64,000 nucleotides of DNA from Stylophora pistillata (taxonomy: Eukaryota), in contig NW_019217946.1 of the NCBI RefSeq assembly GCF_002571385.2, positions 74,515-138,514 on the forward strand, read 5' to 3'. Position numbers and translations under genes: made by a program. Below, piece after piece: positions 63,797 to 64,000 of the stretch (the stretch's first letter is position 1; each line of letters opens with the position of its first letter). Under the pieces are notes generated by a model. It searched no databases, was not told the origin of the DNA, and saw only the letters and a list, made by a program, of their open reading frames with translations.

Positions 63797-64000
63797 CTGC
63801 CTCACCAAAAAAAAAAAAAAAAAAAAAAAAAAAACATATTATCAGTGTTTTAATAATGACTGAAATTTACTATTCATGCATTAATGAGAAGATAAATAAA
63901 TACAGTTCCATCAGTAATTTAAAACAGGTATTTAGTGGTAAATATGGTGCCATATGCCAACCATAACTCTAAAATGCTTCCATAACTCAGCTACTTAAAG

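Overview
AT-rich, intron-rich animal genomic DNA. The repeat types resemble those I associate with scleractinian corals, but the taxon is an inference. Five protein-coding genes can be assembled by hand from GT-AG splice sites. (1) A two-exon RASD/Di-Ras-like small GTPase without a CAAX box (-). (2) A 19-exon SOWAH (sosondowah) ankyrin-repeat gene (+, 8377-31716). (3) A short interferon regulatory factor with an intact five-tryptophan DNA-binding domain but no recognisable IAD (+). (4) A galactose-3-O-sulfotransferase with two alternative signal-anchor exons (+). (5) The 3' part of a mitochondrial-clan cytochrome P450 (-). The rest is MITEs, SINE, LINE, Penelope and Crypton remnants, short tandem duplications and two assembly gaps. 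The standout observation is in the SOWAH gene. Its ankyrin linker loops appear to be built from a 12-nt microexon plus four separate 3-nt microexons, each AG|NNN|GTAAGT and each encoding one amino acid (Gly, Tyr, Asn, Gly). These are the residues needed to restore the family motifs DFMxG(F/Y)(T/S)ALHWAAKHG and DVNxR(S/T)xGGYTPLHLAAMHG. No databases or transcript data were consulted, so all exon models are predictions.
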